A stretch of 48,913 nucleotides of DNA, filler included, from Sphacelaria rigidula (GCA_964200075.2; 2 parts of 2 records of this genome joined end to end with filler, not necessarily neighbours in it); one strand, 5' to 3'. Shown: positions 13,101-23,595, counted from the first letter of the whole stretch. Translations and numbers: made by a program. Notes: generated by a model not told the origin, from the letters alone.

Positions 13101-16100
13101 TATCGGCTTATTTTCTTTAACCCCGCTCCCCGCAATCATCCCTACTAGGGTACAACGCGACTCACTCTCTTGAAAATTTCCATCCTTCATTCCTCGCGAG
13201 CTGTTGCTATTGTTGTGTCAGCGATGGCAGGTCCCCTACTGACAAGAGGGTTATATCCTCTTGCTTGTGGCGTACATCCGATTGTCGTAGGTCTTCGCAT
13301 CGCCACGCGTCCTCGAAGTCCTTCGCCGCTTTCTCGACCCCCAGGTGCCATCCGCCCACGCTCTTAGCGGCAGTGGCGGAGTGTTGGGAATCTTTGACGT
13401 CCACAACGTCAGCGAACCATTCCTTGCTTCTCCCTCACGTGGGACAGCCTCTAAGGCTCGCAGGTCGCCCTGGAGACGGTTCGCGGAGGGTTTGTACCAC
13501 CGGCCGGCCTCCGTGGGCCCTTGTGTGGCTAGCCGTCCAAACATGATGCGCTTTGGAAGACGTGTTTCGTCCTGGTCCTGCCGGACAAGGGCTCAAAGGC
13601 TCCCGCGAACCAGAATCGACACTTCCGGATGGTCGTCTCCATACACTCGATACACTCGATACACTCGATACACTCGATACACTCGATACACTCGATACAC
13701 TCGCAGTTGGTCATCTCGAGCACAGCTGTGTATGGAAGAGGCTTGTGTCTAGTGCGATCCTCCTTCCTGCGAAAGCCAACTAACTGCTCGCGGTAAAATC
13801 TTGTCATGGCCAGTGGGGAAGCATAGCATTCGAAGTCCTCTGGGTGCAGCGTTCATGCAGCACGTCTGTACAGTATAACTCTCACCACCTCACCACCTCC
13901 GCTTCGAGCAGTCTGATTTGCAGAGAAGTTTGGTGTTGTGCCGATCGTACGGTTGGGAACTATTAATACGAGTATACTTGGAGGCGTGGCCACGCAGGGT
14001 GACGCACGAAAACGTAAGAGAAGGAAATTAGCCGAATCAATTCGTTTCGACAAACTTCTCTGTACACTTCATTTGGATAAATAATAGTTTGCTGCACATG
14101 TATTCCCTCGAAATGTCGGATGGAGCATGACCTGTGCTATCTATCGCTGGCCGCGCCGATACCCCTCAATGATGCTGCGATTGATGAAAAACGAGTGTGT
14201 CTGGCTATGCTATTACATGAAACGCTACGAGTAGGTGAATCGTCTCATCATTTTTTCTCGTTTGACTTTGAACAACAACACAGCATGAACCGTGTTGGGG
14301 ATGTTGGTGCTGCAGCCTTGGCCGACGCATTTCGGAGTCCGTTGTGCACCCTGGCCAGGCTAGACCTGAGATACAACCAGGTAAAGTGAATGAGTGCATG
14401 ACACATACAGTCGCACGTTTCCGTCTCTACCTTTCTTGTTGTGTTCATTCCATTTGAGATGGTTCACTGTCCGCGAAGAATTGGTGTACTTCCTCTTATA
14501 CTTTCTCTGCCTCATAACTTAGGGTACCTGAATTTGTGCGGGCCCTCAGCCGTGCCCGATCTATGTTTCGATTGTTTCGTTTAAATCTTCGTTATTTTTT
14601 CAGTAAAAAACATGTTTGTTTGTTCTTCAGCTGATGCTTGAACCATGCGGCCGAACGGCCGAAAAAAAATCAGTCGGCCCAATAATGGCGTAAATCACGC
14701 CCTTCCCACGGGACTGCATGGCCATCGCAATCTCTACCACCATTGCGTAGCGGCCACCAACCGATATCTCGGTGCCCCGTTTGCGAGGTGGGGGTGTGCT
14801 GGGGGGCGAGTCCATCGCTAGAATGGTGTAGTGTTGCAGGTAGGGTACCAAATTTGGACGCTTTTGAGAATTTTTCGAGAATTCTCAAAAACATTATCAA
14901 AAAACATTATCAAAAATATTCCCACAATAGTCCAGAAAAGGGTAGATTTTTCTCCATTTTTGGTGAAGAAATAGAATCCCGTTTTTCATTTTTTCTCTAG
15001 CTTCGTCTTCGTTTTATCTTTCTAACAAACCCGGCTATACTATCCTCACTAACACGGTAACCCACACAGCGAATTACCCATAATTACCCTAACTTATGAG
15101 ACAGAGGAAGTATTACTCCAGTGCCTGCTCAGACAGCAACAGCGATGGACCCGTGTTGTTTCGGACACGGTACAACCAAATAGCGGAGGGCAAAAAAATT
15201 ACACTTGGAAGTACGTACCACGAGCGCGTACGTACTTTATTTAATTGTGACCTTTGATCCCACGCTATACCGCCCTCCCGCAGAATCGGCGTGTTTTCAA
15301 GAGCTTCCATCCTGGTGCGCACTAATCTATTTTCAGACCAATGGACAAGGGCGGGTATACCTACCCCCTTTCAGACTCGAAAGTGGGTGCCGTACAAATA
15401 AATGCGAAAGTTGGCGCTGCCCGTGCTACGCCCAAGCCGCTCAAAATTCGATCCCGACGCAAAGACAGCACGCCCACAGCCCATGCAGAGAGTCTGTGCA
15501 CCAAATCTCGCGAAAAATGAGCGCGATTTAGAACCAAACACCACCGCGGGGCATAACCGCTTGTGTCCGACAATCAGGTGGTCATACCCACCAACCACCG
15601 TGATGTTTACCTCGTACCCCCTTTTGTCCATTATGGTCCCCCTTTTGTCGGAAGTCTACTCACGTTCGACCACTACCGGTCCTCCAAAGTCACGCTCGAA
15701 GTCACCGCACGGAACAATATCGAATGGCCGAAGAACGTCTCGAACGCTTCATTTTACTTATTTCTACGGCCTGGAGAAGTTTGGATCTTTGGTTGTGCCG
15801 CGCGCTTGAACGTTTGAACGAATTTTTACGCGCAAGCTTTCCCTTCGTTGGGTCTTCGGTTGTGTGCTGCGCGTTTCAATTAGTTGTGACATGGGTTTTA
15901 CCGATTGCAACCCCTATGGTTGATCCACGAGGGACCCAAACGTGATGTCGGGTGGTTTCAAATCATCCGACTACCACCCATGGGGGTCGCAATTGGTAAA
16001 CCCATGTCACGACTAATTGAAACGCGCAGCACAAGCAAAAATCCAAATATCCGAGAAGGTAAGCTTGCGTGTAAAGATGCATTGCAAAGATGCATTCAAA

Positions 16101-17983
16101 CGTTGAAACGCGTAGTACACAACCGAAGACCCAACGAAGGGAAAGCTTGCGTGTAAAAATTCGTTCACACGTCAAAGCGCGCGGCACAACCAAAGATCCA
16201 AACTTCTCCAGGCCGTAGAAAGGAGTAAAATGAAGCGTTCGAGACGTTCTTCGGCCATTCGATATTGTTTCGTGCGGTGACTTCGAGCGTGGCTTTGGAG
16301 GACCGGTAGTGGTCGAACGTGAGTAGACTTCCGACAAAAGGGGGACCATAATGGACAAAAGGGGGTACGAGGTAAACATCACAGTGGTTGGTGGGTATGA
16401 CCATCTGATTGTCGGACACAAGCGGTTATGCCCCGCGGTGGTGTTTGGTTCTAAATCGCGCTCATTTTTCGCGAGAGTTGGTGCACAGACTCTCTGCATG
16501 GGCTGTGGGCGTGCTGTCTTTGCGTCGGGATCGAATTTTGAGCGGCTTGGGCGTAGCACGGGCAGCGCCAACTTTCGCATTTATTTGTACGGTACCCGCT
16601 TTCGAGTCTGAAAGGGGGTAGGTATACCCGCCCTTATCCGTTGGCCTAAAGATATTACCATACAGTTCAGTTGACGTTGATGTGAAGATAAAGTACGACT
16701 CCCAAGTTGTCATGGTCATGTCCTCACCATACTATCACTACAGAACAGCCATGTCAGCACAAGTTCGCAGCAGTTATACAGCATGTGTATCTACTCTGCT
16801 CCCTCCTCCCTCTGTTGCGATGATGGATGATGGATGATGGTGAGGTGTCATACTCACGTCAATGTGAATGTGAATGTGAATGTCTTGTGTACTGTATTGC
16901 AGATCAGCATGAGAGGTGTACAGCTACTATCGGAGGCCCTCGAGAAAGCCAAGGACCGTGGGGTCGAGCATGTGTACGTTCATAGCCAAGGGCGGATAGA
17001 CGCGTTGGGCACCAAACTCCAAGGTTCACAAGTAAGACAAAAGTCGACACGAGAGCCGAAGTTGCCTAACCACACGGGGATCGCAGTCACATCACCCCTC
17101 GACGTGTGCAGCGTGCACAGTAAGCACGATTCCTTTCCTGTAATTCACATCGAGATGCCACCAATTCAGTTTTTATATTTGTACAAAACAAGTAGCCGCC
17201 TAGGACATGCAGTATCAACCACGCTGAAAGCCATATGGTGATTGTTTTGAATTTTGAAGGGTAGATGTGACAACGGCGTGAGAGAGTGAACGTTATCCAT
17301 CAAGTATAAACGGTCCTTTTTTCAGTTGCTGGCCTCGCTCGTGCCAGTCGCTTGTATGCTGCTTACCGTACCTTACCGTATGTAGTGTCAACAACATTGC
17401 GAGTACTACTTAGTACTTCACACTTTTCACGTACCCCTTGATACATAACTTAGCATATCATAACATAATATAGCGTAAGATAGCGTAAGATGGTGTAAGA
17501 TGGCGTGAGATCACGTAAGATAGAAAGTGCCAGGTAACCTGTGGGCATGATGTGTGAAAGGCGTGAAACACAAGACTCTCCTGGGGTGTTGTAGACATAC
17601 TTTACTCACCTGCTAATACTCGTACTTCGAAGTATATAATCCACATAAATTTCGTTCCCGCGAGACCATAGACCATAGAGCAGTGACGCTGACATTGACA
17701 TGCCGATAAGGCGAAGCACAGCGTCGCTATGCCTTGAAGGCGAACTTTCCCGACAAGTTTTACTTGAGTACTCTGACAGCACCGATCGGCCTATCCGATG
17801 CCAGACAAAAAAAAAAGCAGTTGCGTGAACTGCGCTGGAAGCATGTCAGATATTCTCGGTGAGATCTGAACAAGATATAAATGTTCAGAAGCAAATAAAC
17901 TACCGAACAATTGCACGTGAAGTGTCAATTGTTCCTGTACTACATCACACGTCAACCGGATGGTATGGTCTTTACATATAATT

Positions 17984-18019
<36 letters not shown>

Positions 18020-18357
18020 GATTGAATTTGAATTGGGTCATGGCCCATTGGTAGCGTTTGAGCACAACTAGTGCTGATCGATCGGAAAGCTTGGTGAGCG
18101 TGGCTGTGGTGGACGCGCGCGATAACACTCCTCAAGAACTGCCCCTCCAGAATGAGAGCATCTCTGAAAGCTTGAGGTGGCGCGGTACACCTCCCTCTCG
18201 ACCATCGATGGCGCGAGAGGAGCACTCCTCACGAGATGACCACTTGCTCCAAGAACGAACACTGTCGCCAGATGGACATCTACCCCTGTCACCAGCTGGA
18301 CAGACTAGGCACAGGAAAGGAAAAACTTCGGCGCTACAGGTGCAGGTGTTGGTGCAG
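1238..18357 (+). CDS. Gene 1 (partial, spliced): coiled-coil N-terminal region followed by RI-like leucine-rich repeats and a low-complexity tail; about 545 aa recovered
   Basis: Exons join in frame with matching phases and GT-AG ends: 1238-1303, 2484-2599, 5421-5565, 6237-6350, 6646-6725, 7177-7282, 9249-9414, 10995-11183, 11758-11893, 14284-14380, 16903-17031, 18055-18339/18357. The first six exons are E/K/L/Q heptad-rich. LRR motifs: VRSLDISDCGL, LTSLNLSMNRVGDVGAAALADA, LARLDLRYNQISMRGVQLLSEAL. No start codon found and the terminal exon is unresolved. Confidence 0.85.
1388..2286. mobile_element. MITE with imperfect TIRs and internal 21-bp repeats, interrupted by a LINE tail
   Basis: Left gccagtatcacgaattcaagttaaag vs right (rc) gccatgatcacaacttcaagttgaag; repeat ttcggcattgaacttgtaagg at ~1545-1649 resumes at ~2147-2215; no clean TSD. 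Confidence 0.65.
1650..2146 (+). mobile_element. 5'-truncated RTE LINE 3' end inserted in the MITE
   Basis: Ends gtctatcatgtgaccccggctgga..gggggtaagttgaagtgcgacgatcaatcaataaaatc, shared with 8840-8945 and 23636-23700. Confidence 0.7.
2484..2599 (+). CDS. Gene 1 exon (VTELKLRVRNSDERYAEKSAVLEVKLIKAIGENIALKD-)
   Basis: ggcacag| acceptor, AA|gtgagc donor; phase 2 completed by the first G of 5421. Confidence 0.85.
2604..2655. repeat. 7-bp tandem repeat GCTGTCT x7 immediately after a splice donor
   Basis: Direct reading. Confidence 0.95.
3659..4648. mobile_element. ~1-kb TIR element (non-autonomous DNA transposon) with ~45-bp TIRs
   Basis: Left aggttggcaccggctgctcgtttgtttcagtacccgagcacag vs right (rc) aggttggcacaggctgcccgtttattttcagtacccgggtacag; subterminal TACCCGGGTA motifs; no TSD seen. 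Confidence 0.75.
4885..5272 (-). mobile_element. tRNA-derived SINE, copy 1
   Basis: On the minus strand, A-box-like ggtggcgtgaa and B-box-like gggttcggtcc; body actctcgtcaaacaaactca shared with copy 2; A-rich tail after aaagtacgaca. Confidence 0.65.
5421..5565 (+). CDS. Gene 1 exon (YAGTDERFETLQSELESTRKTALLDMETAKGELAARRKGQYEVLNQLQ)
   Basis: cccatag| acceptor, CAG|gtaggc donor; same frame as track ORF 5302..5580. Confidence 0.85.
5602..5723. mobile_element. piggyBac-type MITE, nearly fully palindromic
   Basis: TTAA at 5598-5601 and 5724-5727; ends TCCT.../...AGGG; ~55-bp arms with a 12-nt loop. Confidence 0.85.
6237..6350 (+). CDS. Gene 1 exon (ESRDRLQQKEDSLEASEEQLQVQRQQSAELGLRLRTVQ)
   Basis: aatacag| acceptor, CAG|gtcaga donor, 114 nt phase 0-0, coiled-coil composition. 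Confidence 0.85.
6646..6725 (+). CDS. Gene 1 exon (NDLEALEIRTREREAKGDQDLTMAAA-)
   Basis: ctacacag| acceptor, AG|gtacag donor, phase 0-2. Confidence 0.8.
7177..7282 (+). CDS. Gene 1 exon (LSKETALSDSLHDKVATMSRTILRLVQTNKDLTTQ)
   Basis: gaatcag| acceptor, CAG|gtatat donor, phase 2-0. Confidence 0.8.
7680..7950. mobile_element. hAT-type MITE
   Basis: Perfect 8-bp TSD gtttctac (7672-7679, 7951-7958); TIRs cccacgtcggagagatc / cacacgtcggacagatc; GATC-rich interior. Confidence 0.85.
7995..8330 (-). mobile_element. tRNA-derived SINE, copy 2
   Basis: ggacgagtccg and ctcccgcacc..actctcgtcaaacaaactca shared with copy 1; B-box-like ggattcaattcc on the minus strand. Confidence 0.65.
8800..8945 (+). mobile_element. 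Short RTE LINE 3' terminus spanning a 10-N gap
   Basis: tctatcatgagaccacggctggaccccgggggggtcagttaaagtgcgacaataaaaaataaa. Confidence 0.7.
9249..9414 (+). CDS. Gene 1 exon (VIRLESSLDLQGTHNRVHGAIQTLNAHMEQSQLQVNR...STDL-)
   Basis: gtacag| acceptor, G|gtatgt donor, phase 0-1. Confidence 0.8.
9994..10224. repeat. (TCA)n trinucleotide microsatellite, degenerate 3' half
   Basis: Direct reading; explains the poly-D/H/I/M/S ORFs in the track. Confidence 0.95.
10995..11183 (+). CDS. Gene 1 probable exon (LQYGREVGSGHAVWSRRQLLCKYLSFFGSLP...DSRDR-)
   Basis: gacacag| acceptor, G|gtgaga donor; phase 1-1 bridges 9414 and 11758; alternative boundaries exist nearby. Confidence 0.6.
11758..11893 (+). CDS. Gene 1 LRR exon (LRSHRDKLNGVRSLDISDCGLEDADMEEVKQLVATSSSLTSLNL-)
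   Basis: LxxLxLxxCxL RI-type LRR; cataag| acceptor (alternative at 11765), AG|gtgagc donor. Confidence 0.85.
12351..12420. repeat. 10-bp tandem repeat CTACAATAGT x7 abutting the RTE 3' tail
   Basis: Direct reading. Confidence 0.95.
12430..13980 (-). mobile_element. Degenerate 5'-truncated RTE-clade LINE (post-RT C-terminal region + 3' UTR)
   Basis: Frameshifted minus-strand peptides IRLLEAEVV..ILY, GFRRK..LPYTAVLEMTNCECIETTIRK.RFWFAG, MFGRLATQGP, WHLGVEKAAKDFEDAWR match the RTE C-terminal pattern; ends ggatcag..tgtgcgacaatcaatcatc; internal ATACACTCG x7 at 13641-13703. Confidence 0.85.
14284..14380 (+). CDS. Gene 1 LRR exon (MNRVGDVGAAALADAFRSPLCTLARLDLRYNQ)
   Basis: Classic RI-like NxIGDxGAxALA...LxxLDLxxN; aacacag| acceptor, CAG|gtaaag donor, phase 2-0. 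Confidence 0.9.
15334..16648. mobile_element. 1.3-kb foldback (palindromic) element in an intron of gene 1
   Basis: Arms ~15334-15921 and ~15975-16648 are reverse complements (mirror ORFs 15402+/15963- and 15371-/16351+ are nearly identical); ~50-bp spacer; ~85-bp extra internal duplication in the right arm. Confidence 0.9.
16903..17031 (+). CDS. Gene 1 exon (ISMRGVQLLSEALEKAKDRGVEHVYVHSQGRIDALGTKLQGSQ)
   Basis: attgcag| acceptor, CAA|gtaaga donor; continues the LRR (NQ-ISxxGxxxLxEAL). Confidence 0.85.
17986..18017. repeat. (TC)16 microsatellite
   Basis: Direct reading. Confidence 0.95.
18055..18357 (+). CDS. Gene 1 exon (RLSTTSADRSESLVSVAVVDARDN...KGKTSALQ)
   Basis: ttggtag| acceptor; in-frame CAG|gt donors after 18339, 18345 and 18357. 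Confidence 0.7.
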
Positions 18358-18603
18358 GTGCGTTTTGTACACGCCTTTCTTGACATAGGACACAAGGTAC
18401 AAGGAGAAAATGATACGAGGAGGAGTGTGTTCATTGAGGGTTCATTGAGGGTTCATTGAGGGTTCGTGCGTTTTCCGATGGGAGGATGGGGTTTGCGGTT
18501 CGAGGAATGATGCGTCATTGTCTTTACTTGCTAGCATGTACCATTGGCTGGGCCCGAGAAACATCGAAAACCTTCGACGGGCCAAATATCATGACGTGCT
18601 GCG

Positions 18604-18605
<2 letters not shown>

Positions 18606-18666
<61 letters not shown>
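18606..18666. repeat. (AC)30 microsatellite
   Basis: Direct reading. Confidence 0.95.
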
Positions 18667-18667
<1 letters not shown>

Positions 18668-19037
18668 GTGGGAAATCTTGCAACACTGTAAGGGCCCCGG
18701 AGCTAGCCGCAACGGCCGTCAGGGTCGCTTCACAGTTTTAAACCCCGCTGCGACCCTCACGAGGTGTACAGGCTGCGTCGGGGGACGGACGTTTTGACAT
18801 GAAAATTACGTCGGTTAAGGTTCGTACCCGATTCCCCCTCGATCGCTCTCAAATTGTCATCTATGTGTTCCTAGATTGCTGAGACAATAAGGAGCAACGA
18901 CATATTCGGGTTCTCCGTCAACGCTTCTTTGTTCGAAATCTCATCAAACTGTAGTCCAAAAACATGTAGGTTTCAGAATTACATTCGGAAGTGCGTGACA
19001 ACAGTACACAATCGTTTCGTCTACTGCCTTTTCTAAG

Positions 19038-19211
19038 ACGTGGGGTCTAAAACGTCCAGGATAGATGCGCGTGCAAAAATCGAATGCCGCACTTGGAGAG
19101 TCTGGGAGAAACTTGGAGAAATACACCCGTACCTTCGAAAGGCAAAATCGCTTAAGGGCTATTGTTCTCGGAACGGTACCTTCTTTTTCCAGAGTCTCCA
19201 AAGACATCTGA
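19038..19211 (+). CDS. Possible terminal exon of gene 1 (boundaries and frame unresolved)
   Basis: Pyrimidine tract and several AG acceptors at 19037-19064, each giving a short phase-0 frame ending in a stop; cannot choose among them. Confidence 0.3.
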
Positions 19212-20457
19212 CGTCTACCTTGAGTGTAGGACACTCGGCTCCTAGAAGCGGCAGTAGGCGAACCGGTTGAAGGTTTTCGATGTTCCTTGGTGGGCCCTGC
19301 CTGTGTGTGATGTGTTCGTGTGTGGGTTTCGATTTCCACGGGGGGTGTTGTTTTGTAGTTTTATTTTACGAGTTGTTTGCATGCCCATCTCACGGCCACC
19401 AGCACGATAAGCATGGCATTCACATCACACGGGGACATTTACTTCTGCAGCACCCTGATGCAGCAGCGAGCGCGTTTTTTACAATTCACGCCCAGCATGT
19501 ATGGTGTGCTGCATGTATTATCATTCATGCTGGCGCTGACGACTGTTTTGGTCATTTTGCACCTTGGCTTCCCCCCCCACTGTTGAAGGCGTCAGTGTAG
19601 GGTGCGATCTGCGGAGTCCGAGCTGTTTAAGCGTTTCTGCACTCGGTACCATGTTCGTTGATGCTTAAAGGCTGCGACGATATTCACGTGTACGCTTAAT
19701 ATGTAATTGGAGCTTGGAATCATATCTGGAGCACGTTGGCTGTGCCTGGTTCTCACTGAAGCACTCGATGACTTAAAGCTTTATTATTATTACCACCGGT
19801 TGGTGTTCCCGGATATCACGGACTAAGATTTCAAGGGACATACAGGACAGGACACAAACTTCCTCATGGTATTGCCAACCATGGCAACCTACTCGAATCA
19901 CCAATGGCACAGCTTAGTGATGGTACAAGTAATGTGATACCACCATTTCATCAGCTACTGCAAAAATCACCTCTCGCATCACAAGCATAACAACCGGAGA
20001 CCAGAAACAACGATATAACGGTTGGCCGAGGCAACGCATTACATTCTTGAGCCCCAAAATAGTACAACCCTGCGCATCCATCATTTTCTCACATTTGACA
20101 TCAGTTTCAGTTGAAAATGTATTTGGTACCCAGACAAGACCCAGGCGAGACCCAGCTCGATACAGACAATTTTGTCATAGATCGCAGCAACAGCGTGCAC
20201 GCGCTGTTTGACAATGTGCAGTGTACACTGCACTATGGTGATGGTACTGGTGCTGGTGCCTCAATCCTGCTGCTGCTACAGTTTTGGCTGTCGAGTGCTT
20301 GTATTGGTATTTCACTAAAACAAACAAGCCACATTTCATTGTCGTTTCACCGTCGGACCGCGACTTTATCATCAATCTAGCCACGCGTCGCGAGCTAGAT
20401 AGATGTTTTACTTTTTTTAGCGATATCCGTTCTGGAGAAGATCTCAGTTTCATCGTT

Positions 20458-20515
20458 CTGTACACTGCTGTACACTGCTGTACACTGCTGTACACTGCTG
20501 TACACTACTGTACAC
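20458..20515. repeat. 10-bp tandem repeat CTGTACACTG x~6
   Basis: Direct reading. Confidence 0.95.
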
Positions 20516-22175
20516 ATATCACGGCCGGAGTGCGGTTCGGTCTAGTCTGCTTCGGTCCCTCGAACCCTCTGCTTTTTGTGCCCGTCCCGGTCCCGTGATG
20601 TCGGGTCGTGTTCGGTCTACCTCGCAACAAAGCAACAAAGCAACAAAGCGACAAATCGACAAAGCGACAAAAGACTGCCGGGGCGTGTCCGGCGCATGTC
20701 ATGCCGACGTAAACATCTCGCCTGCCTCTGACCTCAGCCATTCCACCTTCAGGTGGCCCGAAAGGTACCTTCGACCAGTACCATTTGCGAGTATTATGTG
20801 CAATTTTGACCTCGGCTCGCCCCCATACAAAAATCTCGTTTCCAATTTTTCAGGATCCCGTGATACTCTGGATTATGGTCATTCTACAGTACTGTACTCG
20901 TAGTAGCATCGTCATTCCGACCTTCGGGTTGTGTTTTGGTATGCAGTTGGCACGTGACGTACTGCGTTTGGATGTCAGCTAACCACCGAAGAAGAGCCCG
21001 CCGCTATACTATTTACTGATAGGGACAACGCTTATCATCAACTTGCTGTTTTAACCTTAACCATGGCTATGCTTCGACTTGGTGTTTTGACCTTCAACTT
21101 CATCGTTTCCATTCCGTAAGGTAGGGGATAGCGTGCAGTCTCCTCTTGAGTTGAGCCTCACTTATTAGTTCAAATTCCATACGCGTGCGGACTAGGGCCC
21201 ACTCAGCTCCTATCCACCTATTTCCCATGTTCTTTCCTGGCAGCAGCGGATCTACGGAGATCTGGTATTTACAGTTTATTCATTCTTCAGCAAAGTTCGC
21301 GGAAATATCGAGCGTACGTGCCCATTGCATTTGAGCCACCTTTTTGAGCCACCTTTGCCAAAGCCCTGGGATGCCGCGTGGGTACTGCATCCTAGAAATA
21401 CTGCCTGTACGGAGTGGGCAAACGCAGCTACCAAAGCGTGCCAGTCATTTATGGAGCATTGTAGGTATCCCATATTTCCGTCTTTCCACCGCCGCCAGGG
21501 ATCAACGTCGAACAGCATTCATTATAAAGGAATTTGTCCCCGTTCGCGTTACGTAATTCCGGCTGCCTGGGCACCGTGGGTCATGTGCAGAGTTTGCTAT
21601 AACTGGTGATGCCCCACCAATGTGCGATATTCGCGTGCAATTCTCCAATGCAGTTTTTGTGTTCATCATGCTGCCATCGCTGTGCGTCACCGTGGTATTC
21701 GCGGACTCGAAGACTTGAACACTTGAAGAAGTCGGGGACCTAGTGTTCGCGTGATGGCTGTCCCTACTCCTATCTCTATTCCTATTGGTATTAGTATTCG
21801 TTGGCGCACGAGGGTCAAACGCCAGGGGTGAGAAAATCCAAAAATAATGAAAAAATGGCAAGGCTTAGGCCTGAGGAGTGAATGAGTCGGATAGACGGAC
21901 ATACGAACAGACAGACACATTGTTATGCTCCGTCATAGAGATCTCCAGTGTACTACTGAAGACCCTGCTGTCATTCTCCTCGGAGCGGTGTACTTATTTC
22001 TCGGGAAGTGAGTGTTTGAGCACAACGTGTTCGAGGTGTGAAACACGCCAACTTCGGTCCACTTTTCGTCTGTGTCCGTGACGATTGACCTGAAAATAAA
22101 AGTGTTACAATTAACCTTCGTTCGACCGGATGAAACGAACGCTTGTCCCACCTTGTACACCCTATCTCTCTCTCT

Positions 22176-23322
22176 AACGGGGTATAGCACCCCCACCCCG
22201 CTTGCCCCCCGGCCGGGGCCGAGTCTGAGCCCATAACGAGCGCACCAGGCCACGGCAGAGTAGGAGGGGTGGTGTAGAGGCACAACTCAGCAGTGTACTG
22301 ATGATTTAGTGCGCTGGTGAGGTTGTGCAGACGGAGGATGTGACGCATGGTGCAGCGGACCTACCGGTCCCCGCGGCAGAGTTGCCTGCGGTAGCTACAC
22401 CGAGCCACCGTCGCGGAAAGCGTGGTACACGTAGCCTGAGGAGCAGAGAGGCGAGAAAATTCCATGTTAGTCGGCACCAATGCCGACAGGTCGGAGGTGA
22501 ATACCGATGTACAGTAGTGGGCGGTCTAACTTTTCATTTTGTGTCATTTTGAGATTTTTTCGTGATTGGTGTTTTCTTGGACTCTTTTCGCGCGCCACCC
22601 CCTATCACATCGGGAGTCTGAAGATATCTGTATTCGCTCCACATTCCAAGAAGAAAAAATCGTCTTTACTCAATATTGAGTGACTTGCGGGCTGATCCGT
22701 CATCGGGGGTCCTGCCACGTTTCAGCCCAGACTCTTACTCTTTTGTATTTTCGGTCGATCGAGCCCGTCTCAATCAAATTTGCAGAGAAATGTACAGTTT
22801 TCTTTTTTCGAAATTCTGCCTACTCAGTGCGCCAGGGCCGAAAAACTGTGTTTCGCGGTCAATAACACCCTCCTGATGAACGGGGAATTTACTCGTTTTG
22901 CCCCATAACACCAAGTAACACTGACTTGGGCACTGTGTTTCGAAAATGATCTGTTTTGTTGTACCAAAATCTACCGAAGCTAACAATTTCGAGCTTTTTC
23001 GAAGAGTAGTACGCGAGGAAAACCCCGAAACATCCCTAAATAGCTAGACCGCCCACTACTGTAGGCAGGGAGAGCGGTACCCTGTCCTTTAAAACCAAGG
23101 CACGAACCGTGCTAGGCTGAGATAGATGAAGAGGAAAACAATGAATTGAAAGAAACAAGAGGATATCGGCCCTTACGTGTAGCGGACCGACAGAGACAAG
23201 CAAACACCAGGGTAAAACCACGCGTGGGCGAGCTGACTACGGGTACCTTCAACGTCCGAACACTCCCTTACAGCCGCAAGAACCCATCGGCCACAACATT
23301 ACAATCGCCATCCAATGTAGTG
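22176..23322 (+). mobile_element. 5' end of an RTE-type LINE (GC-rich leader + start of the APE endonuclease), split by a MITE
   Basis: 23221-23270 encodes RVGELTTGTFNVRTL, the APE N-terminal motif (L-x-I/V-G-T-W/F-N-V-R-T-L). The 5' boundary is approximate. Confidence 0.65.
22512..23061. mobile_element. Tc1/mariner-type MITE
   Basis: TIR cagtagtgggcggtcta / tagaccgcccactactg; TA duplicated at 22510-22511 and 23062-23063. Confidence 0.9.
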
Positions 23323-23325
23323 TAG

Positions 23326-23595
23326 TCTGGGCGAGTATTTGCTAGGCACATTTACTTGTGGACAGTTGGGTGTACTCAAGTGAATACTGGGAAGGGCACT
23401 CATGGATCCACCAAGTACGGGAAGTCAGGAGGAGAGGGGAAATCTAGGGCGCTGAATCTTCTGTTGGAGGTTTTCAACGGTACTATATTTCCTCTTAGCA
23501 GAGACTACATGAAGGAAGGATCACTTAAGGACATGGGTCTAGAGGCTATAATGTCTGGCAGAAGAGTCACTTACGGAGAGTCTACACTGCCGAGT
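23326..23595 (+). pseudogene. Fragment resembling a viral SF3 / D5-type primase-helicase P-loop region
   Basis: Stop-free, intronless SGRVFARHIYLWTVGC...YGKSGGEGKSRALNLLLEVFNG...EAIMSGRRVTYGE: Walker A-like and a G[KR]RhhhxE Walker B-like motif at D5-like spacing. Confidence 0.55.

Noticed and set aside
15361-16719. Paired near-identical ORFs on opposite strands
   Set aside because: A consequence of the palindrome; no recognisable protein motifs.
19280-22100. A third gene (e.g. ORF 20111..20380, hydrophobic frame 20979-21116, ORF 21276..21518)
   Set aside because: No phase-consistent exon chain or recognisable domain; may be 3' UTR or intergenic sequence. A gene here cannot be excluded.
22298-22304. 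CTGATGA hammerhead core
   Set aside because: No GAAA and stem II at the required spacing.
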